A DNA stretch of 62,445 nucleotides, counting the filler. It is 6 parts of 6 records of this genome, joined end to end, with 100 filler letters (N's around TTAATTAATTAA, not from the genome) between each part and the next. Parts side by side here need not be neighbours in the genome. Positions count along the whole stretch, not along the records: positions 8,037 to 14,784 come from DRR378314_1091; positions 14,885 to 27,473 come from DRR378314_1092; 4 more parts are not named here. The stretch is one strand, 5' to 3'. Below, piece after piece: positions 13,389 through 26,489 of the stretch. Made by a program: the position numbers and the translations under genes. Numbering within the stretch: position 1 is the stretch's first letter; each line of letters opens with the position of its first letter. Below the pieces are notes generated by a model. It saw nothing but the letters and a program-made list of their open reading frames with translations, was not told where the DNA came from and did not search any database.

Positions 13389-14642
13389 TTAGTGCATGTG
13401 CGGCTTCTTGCCCTGCTTGCCCATGTTCGCCATGTGACCGATGTGCAGTGACAGCGCCTCGCGGAAGCCGCCGACTTCGTTGTACTTGACGCCGTGTTTG
13501 CGGCAGACATCGCGCACAATCGGCACAAGAGCCGGGTAGTGCGCCTGCGACACGCAGGGGAACAGGTGGTGTACCGTCTGCAGATTGAGCGCCCCGGTAA
13601 GGAACGCAGTGACTGGCGACGCGTGACCGTAGTCAAGTGACGTCTCCACCTGCGCCTTGGCCCACTCAAGAGGGAAGAAGCCATCCTTGCCGACCGGCCA
13701 TTGCGCCTCTTCGTGAACGTGGGAGACCTGGAAGTTGAACGCCAGGTAGTAGCCCATCGCAAGCTCCGAAATGAAGTACAGGATCAGAACCTCGGTAAGG
13801 GGACGATCCCAGTAGAAAGCCGGCAAGAGCACGCGCCAGCCGAGGTGGAAGAACTTCGTCAGCACCATGAAGGTTGCCGAGTGACCGGGGACTTCGTTGA
13901 CACGGATGCGGCCATTCATGCCCGCGAGCGTTGTCCACGTGAAGTCCTGGATGCGGAACTTCATCGTCAGGAATCCGTACAGAAGCGGCATGTAGATGTG
14001 CTGATACTTGTAGAAGGCAGCCCATATCTGTTGCGGGGCGACGCGGCGCAGATCGCCTTCAATCTCCATCGGAGTGTCGGGGTCGAGCCCAACGACGTTT
14101 GTGTAGAGGTGATGTCCGACAACATGCTGGTGCAACCAAGATAGCATGTCTGCTCCCGCGAACATGTTCATAGTCACATTTCCAGCGGTAGCCCACCACT
14201 TGTCGCTCCATCCAAACGCAAAGTGAGACGCATCGTGCATGATGTGCATCATGGGCAGTGCAGCAATCGCACCGAAGATTGCAGACACGACGATCTTGAA
14301 CATCGTTCCCGTACCGCCGGTGTGGATACCGAGCTGTGTGAGCCATGCGGGCTGGAGTTCAAACATGAACAAGTAGCCGAGCACAAGCAGCGGAACGAGA
14401 GGCAGCATGCGCAGAGTCTCCGGCCACGGCGAGCGATAGTCGATTCCGTTGCTATCAAAGTACTCCTTTACGCGACCACTGAGCTCCTTGTAGAACCCAG
14501 TATCTTTACGGAAGCGCGGGAATTCCGAAGTCGAAATTGTACCGATTTGGTACTTCTTCAGAACTTGTTCAGGCTTGTCGGAAAAGGGATGGTACGACCG
14601 GATCAAGTCGGTGCACTCGCGACCACCGGCAAGAAGCACAGC
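13389..14642 (-). CDS. Cytochrome b5-fused front-end fatty acid desaturase, probably delta-5; 5' exon(s) beyond contig end
   Basis: Exon after a CAG acceptor. It has the C-terminal half of a cyt b5 domain (LLAGGRECTDLIRSYHPF) and His boxes HDASH, HQHVVGHH and QTVHH. The Q-for-H third box is diagnostic of front-end desaturases. Confidence 0.92.
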   Translation of the reverse strand, partial: AVLLAGGRECTDLIRSYHPFSDKPEQVLKKYQIGTISTSEFPRFRKDTGFYKELSGRVKEYFDSNGIDYRSPWPETLRMLPLVPLLVLGYLFMFELQPAWLTQLGIHTGGTGTMFKIVVSAIFGAIAALPMMHIMHDASHFAFGWSDKWWATAGNVTMNMFAGADMLSWLHQHVVGHHLYTNVVGLDPDTPMEIEGDLRRVAPQQIWAAFYKYQHIYMPLLYGFLTMKFRIQDFTWTTLAGMNGRIRVNEVPGHSATFMVLTKFFHLGWRVLLPAFYWDRPLTEVLILYFISELAMGYYLAFNFQVSHVHEEAQWPVGKDGFFPLEWAKAQVETSLDYGHASPVTAFLTGALNLQTVHHLFPCVSQAHYPALVPIVRDVCRKHGVKYNEVGGFREALSLHIGHMANMGKQGKKPHMH

Positions 14643-14760
14643 CTGCACGAGGAGAGCAGGACGTCCACGGGCGGGCAGTTACAAGGATACCACGCAAAAT
14701 TGAGATCGTCGAGAAAAAGCCATGATGGTGAGAGAAGAGTAGGGGGTGAAGGCAACAAAA

Positions 14761-14784
14761 GAGAGAGAGAGAGAGAGAGAGAGA
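14761..14784 (+). repeat. (GA)12 microsatellite at contig end
   Basis: Direct reading. It probably caused the assembly break. Confidence 0.9.
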
Positions 14785-14884
14785 NNNNNNNNNNNNNNNN
14801 NNNNNNNNNNNNNNNNNNNNNNNNNNNNTTAATTAATTAANNNNNNNNNNNNNNNNNNNNNNNNNNNNNNNNNNNNNNNNNNNN
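14785..14884. other. Artificial contig linker
   Basis: N44-TTAATTAATTAA-N44. Confidence 0.99.
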
Positions 14885-15423
14885 ATGGTGCAGAGCCCGA
14901 AACAGGTTACTGCGCAGGACGACCTGGACGCCCGTTTGAAGCAGCTGATCGGATCACACAAACGCATGCTGTTCATGAAAGGAGAACCGAGTGCGCCTCA
15001 GTACGTTGCAGAGATACGACGATGTAGAGGTCTATGAGAACGCGTAACGGTGGCGCATCTCGCGATTTCTGCGCCTGTGCGCGTCTGCCTTTTCGCTCTC
15101 GCACCCTCCGTTTCCGCACTGAACCTCGCTTGCCTGTACATCTGAACCGAGGACGCGATGCTTGTCCATAACATGTTGCGTTATGCATGTCCTATAGATG
15201 CGGATTCAGTGCTGAGATGGTTCGCATATTGCGTGAGGCTGGAGCGGAATTCGGCCACTTCAACATTTTGGCTGACCAAGCAGTGCGCGAAGGGCTGAAG
15301 AAGTTTTCCAACTGGCCGACGTATCCGCAGCTCTACGTAGACGGCGAGCTGGTCGGCGGTCTGGACATTGTGAAAGAGCTCGCGGAAGAAGGTGAATTGA
15401 AGTCGTCGCTTGCAGTCGAGTAG
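14885..15423 (+). CDS. Monothiol CGFS glutaredoxin (Grx3/4-PICOT type domain), probably 5'-truncated
   Basis: Exons 14885-15000 and 15198-15423 join as [15 protein letters not shown]...[26 protein letters not shown]. Confidence 0.93.
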
Positions 15424-17657
15424 AGCCTTTGGTGCCTCTCTCTGTGCGTGCCCATTGCAGCTTGAGCGCAGCCGATAGCGGCCACATGGTGCTCGGTGGG
15501 GACGAACGCTTGTCTTTGGTGCGCGCTCGTGCCGGACGGTCCTGGTGACGCTGCGAGTGGTCTCCTTGCCATAGTGCTGCGTGTGCAATGAATGATATCC
15601 AAGTGTATTTGTGTCACATGTGCTTGCGTGGATAAGCGGCACAGCACGTCAACTGCGTTCACGAGGACACGGGAGGAACGCGTCGCTGTGTTTCCGGGCG
15701 AGCCACGCGGGGAGCTCACCGCACGCGCCGCTGCGTGCCTTCGCCTCTGCCGCCCCGTTCCCGCCCACGCGCCAGCGGGCGCGGTGAAGCACATCCACCA
15801 CCAGCAACAAATGCCTCATCGGAAACCGACTGTACGCACCCATGTGCGACTTGATGAACAGTACGCACCACATGACTTCCTCTCAACGGCACGATCATGC
15901 GCCTTATCTCCCCTCCCCGGACTCGCCGCCTGACAAACACCGCACTGCCTCACTATCGCGGCTTCGTCTTCTGCGGCGCTTGCTCGTACTGTCCTGATGG
16001 CGCCTCATGCCCAGCTAACATGGCAAAGTATTCCGGGGTTGGTGTCGGTAGAGAAAATGATGCCTGACTTGTACAGCGCAGCATACAATCGCGACAGGGC
16101 CGCACGATCAGTAGGTCTGGGTTGTAAAACGGGAGCTCCCGCCGACCTGCGCGGGGCAACACCACAGTGTAGCTGAACGTGCGAGTGCGTCACAGAGCGA
16201 GAGCGCACCTGGTCGCATATATCCCGGATACTGTCGCTGTAGTCCATCATACGTCGATCATCATTGTCGCCTGTACCGTAAGGTTATGGAAAAGGTACGG
16301 CAGAGCTCGTAGAGCATGAAAAGCGGACAAATGAACCTCGTGTACTCCTTCGAGGAACAAGACATCCACTGCTCGGCTGCCGCCGCGTACGCTGCGTTAG
16401 CAACACGTCGTTGCAGTATACCGAGCGCGCGGGAGACTCGCGCCGGTACGAGAGTGCCTTGCCAGGGAGCCGCACGCGTCAGAAGGCGGTATTATAGCGC
16501 ACAACCACAAGTGTGTATCCTTTTTTCTTTCTAATCTACAGTAGATGCCGCGAGCGCACCCGTTTCACCTCTGTGCTTTTCTCGGCGCCGTGCGCTTTTG
16601 CTCTGCGCAAGACCTTCCACTGCGATCCGCTCCAGCTTGATACCGCCAAGCGAGAACCGCCGTTCCTGTGCATGTATGCTTCCACTGCTAGGAAGCGGGT
16701 CAGTTTTGTCGATTATAGTACTTGTTTCCTTGCTAGAGTCGTTGCCTTTGAGGGAACTGCAGAAGTATTTCCGTGGAGTCCGTAAGAGTCCCAGTGCGAA
16801 CCTTAGGGGTAAGACTGAGAAACTGCCAATGCAGCGCTGTGGACTGCTGACGCTTGGCAGATGCGTGCAGCCAAACTTCTGAAATGGAAAATTACAAATC
16901 TACCTATACTAGGCGCGGTGTACGCGTGTACCTTTTCGAAGGAATAAAAATCGGCAAACAGGAAACACTGCACGGCGCGGCGTTTACACAATCGCGCGCG
17001 ATGCGCTATCGCTTTCCGACCCCGACAAATGTGATTGAGCTCGTCAGAAGGCTTTGGTATTGGTGTCACACAATGCGACGCCACTTCTGACCAGCGATAA
17101 CCTTCCTACCAACCATGCAGAGCGATGCATGGATTGCAAAGGATGCACTTGTACGAGAAGCACCACATGGAAGAGGTTCGGGAATACTCCTGGCGCTGTG
17201 CTGCTTCTCCATTCCCACGATGGGTAGTGGGAGGGGAACGATACGGCGCTCGTGCAGGCGTGTGGGCCACTGCGTGCACACGCTGGATGATGCCCCTTGC
17301 GCCCTCTTGGAGCTTGGTAGCCACTTTTGCCATGCTCACCTTACAGCGTAGCTCGAGCATTGTGCTGTGTTCCCCACGGGCAGAGCTTGTTCACTCATCA
17401 CCCAGCGGCGGGCCCAACGTGCCGGTCTGCCGCTGTCCGGGCGACCCTGGCCCTCGCGGCGCCGCTCGCTCGGCGCGCAGCGTCGGCGCACTCTCTCGCT
17501 GTGCTCGCCGCGCGAGGGACACGGGGCAGGGAATTTCGAGCGCATGCTGCGCACTGGGGCGCGGCACGGCAGCGCATCGGTGCCTGTATTCGCGCGAGCG
17601 CGCGCACGCGCCCTTCCATGGATTGAGTTATGGTAAGGATTTAGGGGAGGGAAACTT

Positions 17658-20600
17658 TTACTCATCGGCGGAGCGCAGCGCGTCCCACAGGCGCCACCCT
17701 TCGCCGGACGCGAGGAGCTCCTGCGCGGGCGAGTCCGCGTGCACAGGCGCAAGCACCGTACCGGCGCCCTGATCGTCAAACGACGACAAGAGATCCGCTG
17801 CAGCGCGCTGCAGATCGTGAGCGGTCGCTTCACGCAGCGCGCCGCGCCGTCTGAGACGAAACTCGCGCGTGATGCCGTACAGTAGGAACGCGTCGCCGCG
17901 CGCCGCCGGTGCCACCGGGGCGTCGGTCTCGCCGAACGAAGCCAGTTTCGCTTCCTCAAGGAACTGATCTGTAATATTTCCCGACGTTGCTGCCCACTCG
18001 AGGGCGCTGCGGAAGGCGGAGATGGTCCGTTTCGCGTGTGGGTCGCGGTACGACGAGAACAGGAGCGCTCCGTCTCCCGAGTACGAGGCGCCTCCGCCGT
18101 ACGCGCCGCCTCGCTCGCGGATCTCGCGGTGGAGGAATTGGTGTGTGAGTACGCGCGCGAGGAGCTCGTACGGAGCCGATACTTCCGGCTGGCCCCATTC
18201 AGGGGCAGGTACAGCCCACGCGCAGTAGCCTACGGGTGACGGCAGCGGAACAATCGTGCGCCTGTCTGCGCGCCGTGCGGATGGCGAGCGCGTCCCCGCA
18301 TGGCGCCCCGTTGCTGTGGCGCCGCTGTCCGCTGCGGCGCGGTCGACAACGTCGCGAACCAGGAGCTCCGCGTCTGTCATGTGCGATGCAGAGGCAACGG
18401 CGGCGGCTCCGCGAAGCAGCCCGCGTTCGTACAGCGCGCCACACGCATCGCGTGCGCGCGCTGCGTACTCTGCTGCGACATCGGCGCTAGAGGCGGCGCG
18501 GAGCGTGTCGTGCACGGCGGTGAGGCCGGAGAGGCGCTCGCGAATCGCCGCTGCCGGCGTCACCGCGGCGGCGGCGTGCAGGCCAGCGAGCGCGGAGCCC
18601 CGCATCAGCAGCATATCCTCGAGCTCTGCCGCTCGCTCGCGGGCGAGGGTATGGACGCGACTCACATCGCCCCACGCCGTCCTACCCAGCACATCTGCAA
18701 TCACCTCTGTCGCTGCTGCCACCTTTTCCGGCAAGCAGCACGTGCTGGCAAACAGCAACTCGGTCACCGTGCCTGGCTGCGCGGGGTTTGCAGTCACAAT
18801 GGCCCGCGCGCCAAAGCCGCCAGTGTGCAGCTCCAGGGCGTCGGAGAGCTCCGCGTAATCACGCGCGCCAGCACCCAACCGACCCCACAGCCAGCACAAA
18901 TCACTGACTCCTTCCGGAGCTTCGAACACCCAGCGAGCATGTACAAGACCATGGCCCTCCAGCGTTCTGCGATGGAGCGGAGCAGGGGCGGAAGGATCGG
19001 CAGCGGTGTGCAGAGCGCCGGCGACGACCTCCAGCGGAACATCAGGAGGAGGCTCCAGCGGAACATCTTCCGCTACGCGAACGCACGGCAACGCATCCGG
19101 GTCATGCGATTGCTCAGCGGCAGCTTTGAGCATTTCACGCTGCTCCTCCAGCGCTGCAATACGCTCATCATCAAGGTGCTGACGCTCAGCCTGGACACGG
19201 GCCAGTTCCGCAGCGGCTTCTTCCTCGGAAACGCTCTGCGAAGGTCGCATGGATATGGAGGCACGGTGCTGATTTTCAACTAGGTTCCGGCGCACAGCAT
19301 CAGCCAAGTACGAGTCTCCCGTTTCGTGTAACTCCTTTTCAATGCGTGCTAAATGAGGGGTTATACTGAGAACATCTGCGAGGTCGTCACCGTGAATCAG
19401 GGTCGGAACAGCGTTCGTACAGAGTTGGAGACCAAGGCGCGTGGACACCTGCGTAGCGAGAATCGCAACAAGCGAGCCCGGTGCCCGTAACCTCAGCATC
19501 GTGGGGTGACCTTGAACGCGTGTACCACATATGACGCACCAAGGAAAGCCAAAACAACAACAACTGCGGTCAAGCTTTGGGGGCACATCGAAGCTCGTAC
19601 TATGGTTCAGCGATCATGTGCTGTGCATCTTCCAACGGCGAGGGACACCAGCAAGAGAGGGGCGCACGAGAGCTCATATGGCTTCCCCTCGACCATGTAC
19701 GTTGCGTACAGGAAAAGACCGCCGTTCGCAACGCTATGAGCGTTCATACGAGCACGCGACGATCGGACAAGTGCTCTGCTACAAAGAACACAATATCAAG
19801 TGAGCTGTTGAAGGGACGTTTTTCTCCTTCGTACGGCACGCACATTCTTCTTGGCAATCTCGACTTGGTGCAGCACGGCGTCGACGCGGCTTCGCGGGAA
19901 GCCCTTTTCAGCTGCCTCGTTCACAGCGCCAATGATCGCCTCGTGAATGCGCGCTTCGTCACCGGCCTTGTGTCCCGTCGTACTGACGCCAAACGAAAGA
20001 AATTTGCTTGTACTATCGAGACCTGTGCCTGGTCCAAAGTCGCGCGCTAGCCCGCTGTCGATGACCGCCTTGTATAGCGGTGAAGACGGACCGTCGACAA
20101 GCAGGGTGCTGCACACCGCCTGTACGGTTAGATCGTACGCGCCTGGACGACTGCTGCGGGCCCAGTGAACTCCAGAGCGGCAAAAGTTTTCCCCAGACAT
20201 GGCATCAGGTGGGTACAGGCCGGTAAACGTCTTTGGCGCGTCCCACGAGCGGAGCGATCCCAAGCGGGGAGACTGCATGGCACACCGCAGCACACGAACG
20301 AGTCAAGCGCGACAAGGCAGCGCCACGGCGTTGGCGGCAGTCAGCGCACGCATGAAGGAAAGCGAGCGCGCGGACGTGCGCACACAATGGCGCTTTCATC
20401 ACATCTGACTCAGCAATCTATCACTGCACATCATGCGCTACACGTGAGCAAGTATGTCCACTCGTGGAGTGGTCACACGCTGCTCGACCGCACCGTGCGC
20501 CACGCACAGGGCGATGAGCGAGCCGCGGCGCGCGAGGCGATTCGCCAACACAATCGGCAACATGCACCTGGGTAGCAACTGGGGGATGTGGAAAAGAAGC

Positions 20601-22972
20601 GAGTATCTGTGCATAAATAGCGCGATGGCATCATTCTACACCTTCTCCTATCCATGCACATATATACTGGGGATTGCGGAGGAAGCGCGTGTATCGTCAC
20701 GTGCCGGACGGATCGTGGGCGCAGCACACTCGTGCCCGCTCCTCTGCAAGAAGAGGGAAACCGTGCACACATCGCTCGGCGATGCAGTTTCGGCGCTTTC
20801 GTGGCGGTGCATGCCGATGGACCATTCGCACACCTCATTTGAGCACGAGGACGAAGATGTCCGTTGGAATACGTGCTCGTCGATGTGATCCGCAGTGACG
20901 TGCGGCGGAATGTCTCCGTAGGTCACGAATACAGCGCGACTGGGCGCGTAGCAAGCGCGGTGGAACGCGACGAGCTGGATGGGACAGCGAAAGAGGAAAA
21001 CACAAGCACACACCGCCATCGTTCAGCAAAATAATACATCCAAGGCCAGACGAAAAGTATAGCGTAATCACCAATGAGCTACCACAGCAAGCGCAGATGC
21101 AAGGCTGTTCGTGAGGCATAGCGTATGTGTGGAGGAAACAGAGACACCAACTAGGGCTAGCGACACAAGGAAAAGCGTGACGCACGGCAGTGCACAAGGA
21201 CTAGCAGGGACGCAAGTTTAGACTATGCATCGCACAAGAGTATCTCGCGCATCGAAAAATGCGATCGCTGCGCAGGAAATGACTCCTGGTTGCCCTCCTT
21301 TCCCGCAGTGCCAGCTACACGATTGCACACGTATGCCCTCGAAGGAGGGGTTCCCGCACAACGCGCCATGCAAAATAGCACCTACAACGTACTTCCTCGT
21401 ACGAAAGGTCAGGAATCTCGAGTGGGTCACCTCCGGAGTTGAACGCATATTCAGTGTGCGGAAACAAGCAGTTGTGCATAAAATGGTGATACCGTGAACC
21501 GGAATCACCGAGAGCGCCTTTCATCTCGTTGTACACAACGCCCGAAATAGCTAAGCGCTCGCCCGCAGGATCTGACCCTTCATGCAGCTCCCAGCGATGA
21601 CCCTCTTGAAGAAAATCTTCACGCCGCAGCAATGGAAAGAACACTGCATCTGAGTATACTGCAAGTAGATTCTTATAGTCCTGCATTCACACGTCGAACA
21701 CGGCACAAAAAAAATCGGCATCAGTGCATGAGTACCGCCGCCTTCCCGGAGGGCGATGTACTCGGACACAGAACAGCGGCTATAGAGAAGCATCAGATCC
21801 GTGTACGCACCTTGACGTTCTGGGTGGAGAAGGGATACATAGTAAAGTCTTGTGCGGTGAAAGCGTTCATAAATGTATTGAGTGAGCGTCGAAGCATGTG
21901 GAAGAACGGGTCGCGGATAGGGTATCTACGCCGAGCGGAGCGAAGTAATGAGTGATTGCAGGCGCAAGGCGGAGGTCAGCGAGGGGCTTTCGCTACCATG
22001 CAGCTGCCCTACTTTGGGCTGTCGCGGCGCAGCACTTCTCGGTAGCGCATCATAGAGAGGAGAGCGGAACACGAACAACCTGCGTGCTCCTACGCACTGT
22101 ACGCTCGATTCTGCGCCAAAGCACCGCGGCTTGTTCCACGCGGCGCTCTCCGTCTTCGTGCGCACGGCAGCCGCGGCTTTCCCGCAGTCGCACGCACCAG
22201 CCACGGCGGCACACGCGACACCGTTCTCATACCTTTGTGAACCGCAGAGCGCTGTGTGCTCAAGAATATGTGGAGCGCCCTTGTTGTCCCACACAGGTGT
22301 GTTGAATCTAATTAAAAAGCAGGTGAACAACGTGCACCCACGAACAAAGAGAGTGGAAACGACCCTGTAAGCGCCTGAGGCCGGGCGGCGACGCTGCACC
22401 GAGCCCGCGCAGCTGCACGTGCGAGATCACGCGTTCCAGCATCACCACGTGTGCGTGGAGCGTGCGCCGGATGTATACCCGTGTACAATCTCGCTATTTC
22501 TCACAAGGGCATACCATGAGAGGATACAAACCAAGGAGCGCATCCGTAGGTCAACGATCAATACGCGTTGCAACGGAGGTAAGGACGGGACAGGGGTGGC
22601 GGGGAGCTCGCGCACCGCAGCGGCGTTCGCGTCGAGACTCGCGTGCGGCGCGCGAGTCTCCCCACCGGCGCGCATCCGCGGCGACGCGGCGGCTCGCAGC
22701 GTCCACCAAGGAGCGTACCCAACCGAAAAGGTGTTGTTGGTGTCTGCCGTGTCAAAGTGTACATATCGCGCACCGGAAGGATGATGCATCTCCACGAGTG
22801 TGACGCCGTAGTCTTCGATGAACTTCACTCGGTCGACGCGGAACGACGACACCGTGTCACCCGGCGCGAGCTGCAGCGGCGCACGCTGCTCGCCACGAGG
22901 CAGCGAGCGAGCGCTTGCACCGCTGCACGCGCGAATCCCTCGCGAACGTAAAAGCGAAGCTCGAAGAAGCAT
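17658..22972 (-). CDS. PITRM1: Mitochondrial presequence protease (M16C; PreP/PITRM1/Cym1), multi-exon
   Basis: Arg/Ser-rich N-terminal targeting peptide and inverted zinc motif HILEH ([14 protein letters not shown]). Other conserved segments are [40 protein letters not shown] and [17 protein letters not shown]...SYRDP. Confidence 0.95.
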
Positions 22973-23277
22973 TGTACACCCTGGCCAAAACGAATTATCG
23001 ACCGTATATAAGTTTCAGTGCGGAGCAGGTGAGAGCCTGTTCCCACTCGCGAACCGCGGCGTGCACGCGCGTGTTCGCCGGCGCTTGTGCACGGAAATGG
23101 GCCCCAGGCACACGGGGAACCGAAGCGGACCTTTCACTGGTCCCAAGCGTCGCGTCAGTGCTCTCTGCAGCACGCGTTCTCCTAATTTCAGAAACTGAAT
23201 ACCATTTGTGTCGAGCGCGTACCTTGCAACGCGCGGCGTGTGCACTGCGCAGCGATGGGAGCGACGTGTTTGCGTCG

Positions 23278-23325
23278 GTGCGTGTGCGCGTGCGTGTGCG
23301 TGTGCGCATGCGCGTGCGCGTGCGT
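23278..23325. repeat. Alternating purine-pyrimidine (GTGC/GCGT) tract
   Basis: gtgcgtgtgcgcgtgcgtgtgcgtgtgcgcatgcgcgtgcgcgtgcgt. Confidence 0.8.
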
Positions 23326-23894
23326 GGCCGTGGGCGTGGGCGCTGCTGCGGAGAGCGCTGGGGTATATGAGATACCCCTAGTACCTTGACAGGGAGAAAC
23401 GCGCAGCGACCGCGAGGGAGCACGGCGGGAGCAGCAGCTTCGGCAGCTGACCACCACCTCTTCCACAAAGTGCAAAATGCAATACACGAGGAACCAACGG
23501 TGTACGCATGTGTACGGTGGACAAAAAGTGGATCGCATACATTAAGCAAGAAAGACACGGAAGCGCTACGCGGTTCTCGTGACACATAGATGTACCGCAG
23601 GTTTCTTACAAAGCCGGAAAGAGCGATACGACCGAAGCGAAGGGCGGGCGATGTGCGCACGGACGATGCAACGGCCACACGTCCAGTACTGTTCTTTCTG
23701 ACGCTGGCACTGTATGGTCCCATTGCTTCCGCAACGAGGTGTCGCTCCAACACGATGAACACGAGCACGCGGTGCCCGGATGCAAAGACCCCCCGAGTCC
23801 GGGCGTAGGGAAACGAACAGATTATAGAGCAAACGAGCGAAAGGGCAAAAGAGATGATCCTTCAACCTCCCATCCCGTTGCTCACAGTTCTGGT

Positions 23895-26489
23895 TTAGAA
23901 CGCTCCAAACACAATATGGGCGAGTATAAAGTACACGGAGAGCGACAGTACGTCGCAGAGAGTGGTCAACATGGGCTGTAAAGGACGGGGCAGGCGCAGC
24001 AGCGCGGGCAGTGTCACTTGAACGAGCGGTGTGAGGGCGCGACTACCGACGAGACGTATCTCTTCGCAGCAACACGGTCGTGTTAAACTCTCTACGCACA
24101 TACGCCTTGCCTCGTGACGCTGCTGTACGCAAAAGTCACCCTCGTAGATGTACTTTCTCGGCCGGGATACTGTCGTGCATGTATGTACTTGCAGGGATGG
24201 AATCGTATGAGTACAACGTACAATGGACATGAGGGCTGGGTCGTACCCGAGTTGCAAAAACACAATCGGAACTCCCATTCCGCATATAACACTCATAATG
24301 CATATGAAGAATTGAGAGAATGAAACAACGATGAAAACACCGATCTGCCTCTCGAGCAACAGGGACCAGAGACCGGCGGCCACTGCAAGAACCAGCGAAT
24401 TCCAACGTGCCCGCACAACACCAGGCCGAATGCGCGCGGATGTGAGAATGGCGATGCATGTGCCTCACAAAACCCGATACGTTGACGGTACGCAGTACGG
24501 GTTACCGCAAGTGCATTGCACGCGAAGAGCTTATGGAATGGGTGAGTATGAGGACAGGTGAACGGGGCTCTGCGCGCCCCCAGCGCGTACGACATTGCGC
24601 CTGCGAGCGCACGTTCCACGGCTCCGAGTCGCACCTCCCAACACCACCCCCACACCAGCCCCAGTCCACAATTGCGATATGGCAAAGGGTCGAAACAGAA
24701 ACCAGAGCTGTGCAAAGACGTCTCGACTCAACCGATTTCCTGTCCGTCGGATCGATAAGCAGAGTACGTGTACCGCACCAATGGTGCAGATGCGCCATGT
24801 CAGTACGTGAGCACTCTCACTCGCTCTCGTTCCGAATCCACCTCACGCTGTGCAGGCGTGCACACAGCGTACACACCAGTTTACATACATCGAGGTGCAC
24901 TACTTGCCTATTATGCAGTGCGTCTGAATAACGCACAGCTCCCACTTTATCCAGCGAACTGGGGCGAAGGTAGCGACGTCAGGAGCTCGCCATCCGTTCT
25001 TTCATGCGCGATCGGGCATCTTTGCGGTGCAAGCGCACCTGAGTTCTGCGATATACGCTGCATAGCGGTCAGATGCTTTTCAAGGAAGAGCAGCGTTGTC
25101 TGCGATCCTGTTGCACCGCCGAGCGACATCAGCATGGGGATGTACGGAGCAAGAGACACTTCGCGCTCCAGCAGTCCTGCGTGCACAGACCAACGCAAAT
25201 CGCCGCATTCCCACATCGACGCGGTTGAGTGTGCTGTGATCGCCCACGCGTTATCGCAATTGTGTATATCTGTAGTCACGACGACGACACATAGTCGCAG
25301 CACGTACACACACGCAGCGAAACTGCCTGATCGAGTCGTGTTCCACGTGGAGCTCGCAAAGAGCGGTGTGCGAGTGTACAGCGCTGGCATACCCGCGCGC
25401 GCGCGTACCTTCGTTGGCGTGCAGGATCCCCGTTCCCACCGAGGAAGCTACCAGCGCCACCAGGAGCCAGAAAGCGCGCTCGCCTGCCTGGCGCAGCAGG
25501 GCCGCGCGTGACACTCTGCAGCAGCGTTCGCGTGCGCACGTTTGGGCACAGCGCGCGTTCAGCGTAGGCGCAGTGTGGTGCGGACGCGAGTGCACTCGCA
25601 AACCGCGCACATCTGTACGACAGTACTCTCGGCCACGGCCCCTTCCGGGACGATGATCCGCGTCTATTATGCAATCTCTCTGATGCTACCTCACTGGCGT
25701 TGTGCGCATGCAGGGGACGGTAGGTGTCGCGCGCTACGCAGCGTGAGCGACACCGCCGCACCGCTTCGTCCCACATACCGCACGTGAACCAGGGCACACC
25801 GACACGGTCCGCGCGCCAGCTGCTGCGAGGAGCGCACTGTGCTCTACCTACACGTATCAGTACAGTACAGTACCGCCAGTGCATACTTGCTACACGCATG
25901 TACTCCGCCGTACGTGTGCGTGGCTTCGCCTGCGGTGTGAGGCAACGTAGCAGAGCGGCAGCGGGGCGTGTACGCCGTGTGCGCGCGCAACCACCGCCGC
26001 TCTCTTGCCCCACAGGAACTCTTTCCCGCGCGAGTACGACGACCAACAGGGTATACACGAACCGTACGCCATACTTGGATCATATATGCACCACGCATAG
26101 CGCCTATGGGAAGCGGGGACATTCTCTTGTTCACGCGGCAGGCGCGTTGCGCAAGCGGACGCGCGCGCGCAGCCGTCCTCCTCGCCAGCGTACCCGCGCG
26201 GCAGCAGCACATCGCGCTGCAGTTCGCCGTCCTCATCCATATGCATTAGCTGTGCGTCTTCCTCTTCTGCGCTTTCAACACTCAGGAGCCCATCATCGTT
26301 TGCATCTTCATTCGGAGCAGATGCGCTGTGGCTTCTCTCGAGCTCCGGCAGAGCCAGCACAGGGGCGCTCTCGTCGTCGTTGCCGAACGCCAGTGTCGCG
26401 CCCGCAGCGTTGTCGCTGACATCATCCAGCACCGACGCAATACGCTCCTCGACGGCGCGCATGCGCCCGTTGTCCTTTTCCGATGCCAT
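23895..26489 (-). CDS. MgtE-family Mg2+ transporter (single membrane domain, acidic N-terminal tail), multi-exon
   Basis: Exons give ERAFWLLVALVASSVGTGILHANE, PYIPMLMSLGGATGSQ, GVPIVFLQLGYDPALMSI and PMLTTLCDVLSLSVYF. These match the MgtE helices RxxWL, GGNxGxQ, DPA and PxxTTxxD. Confidence 0.8.
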
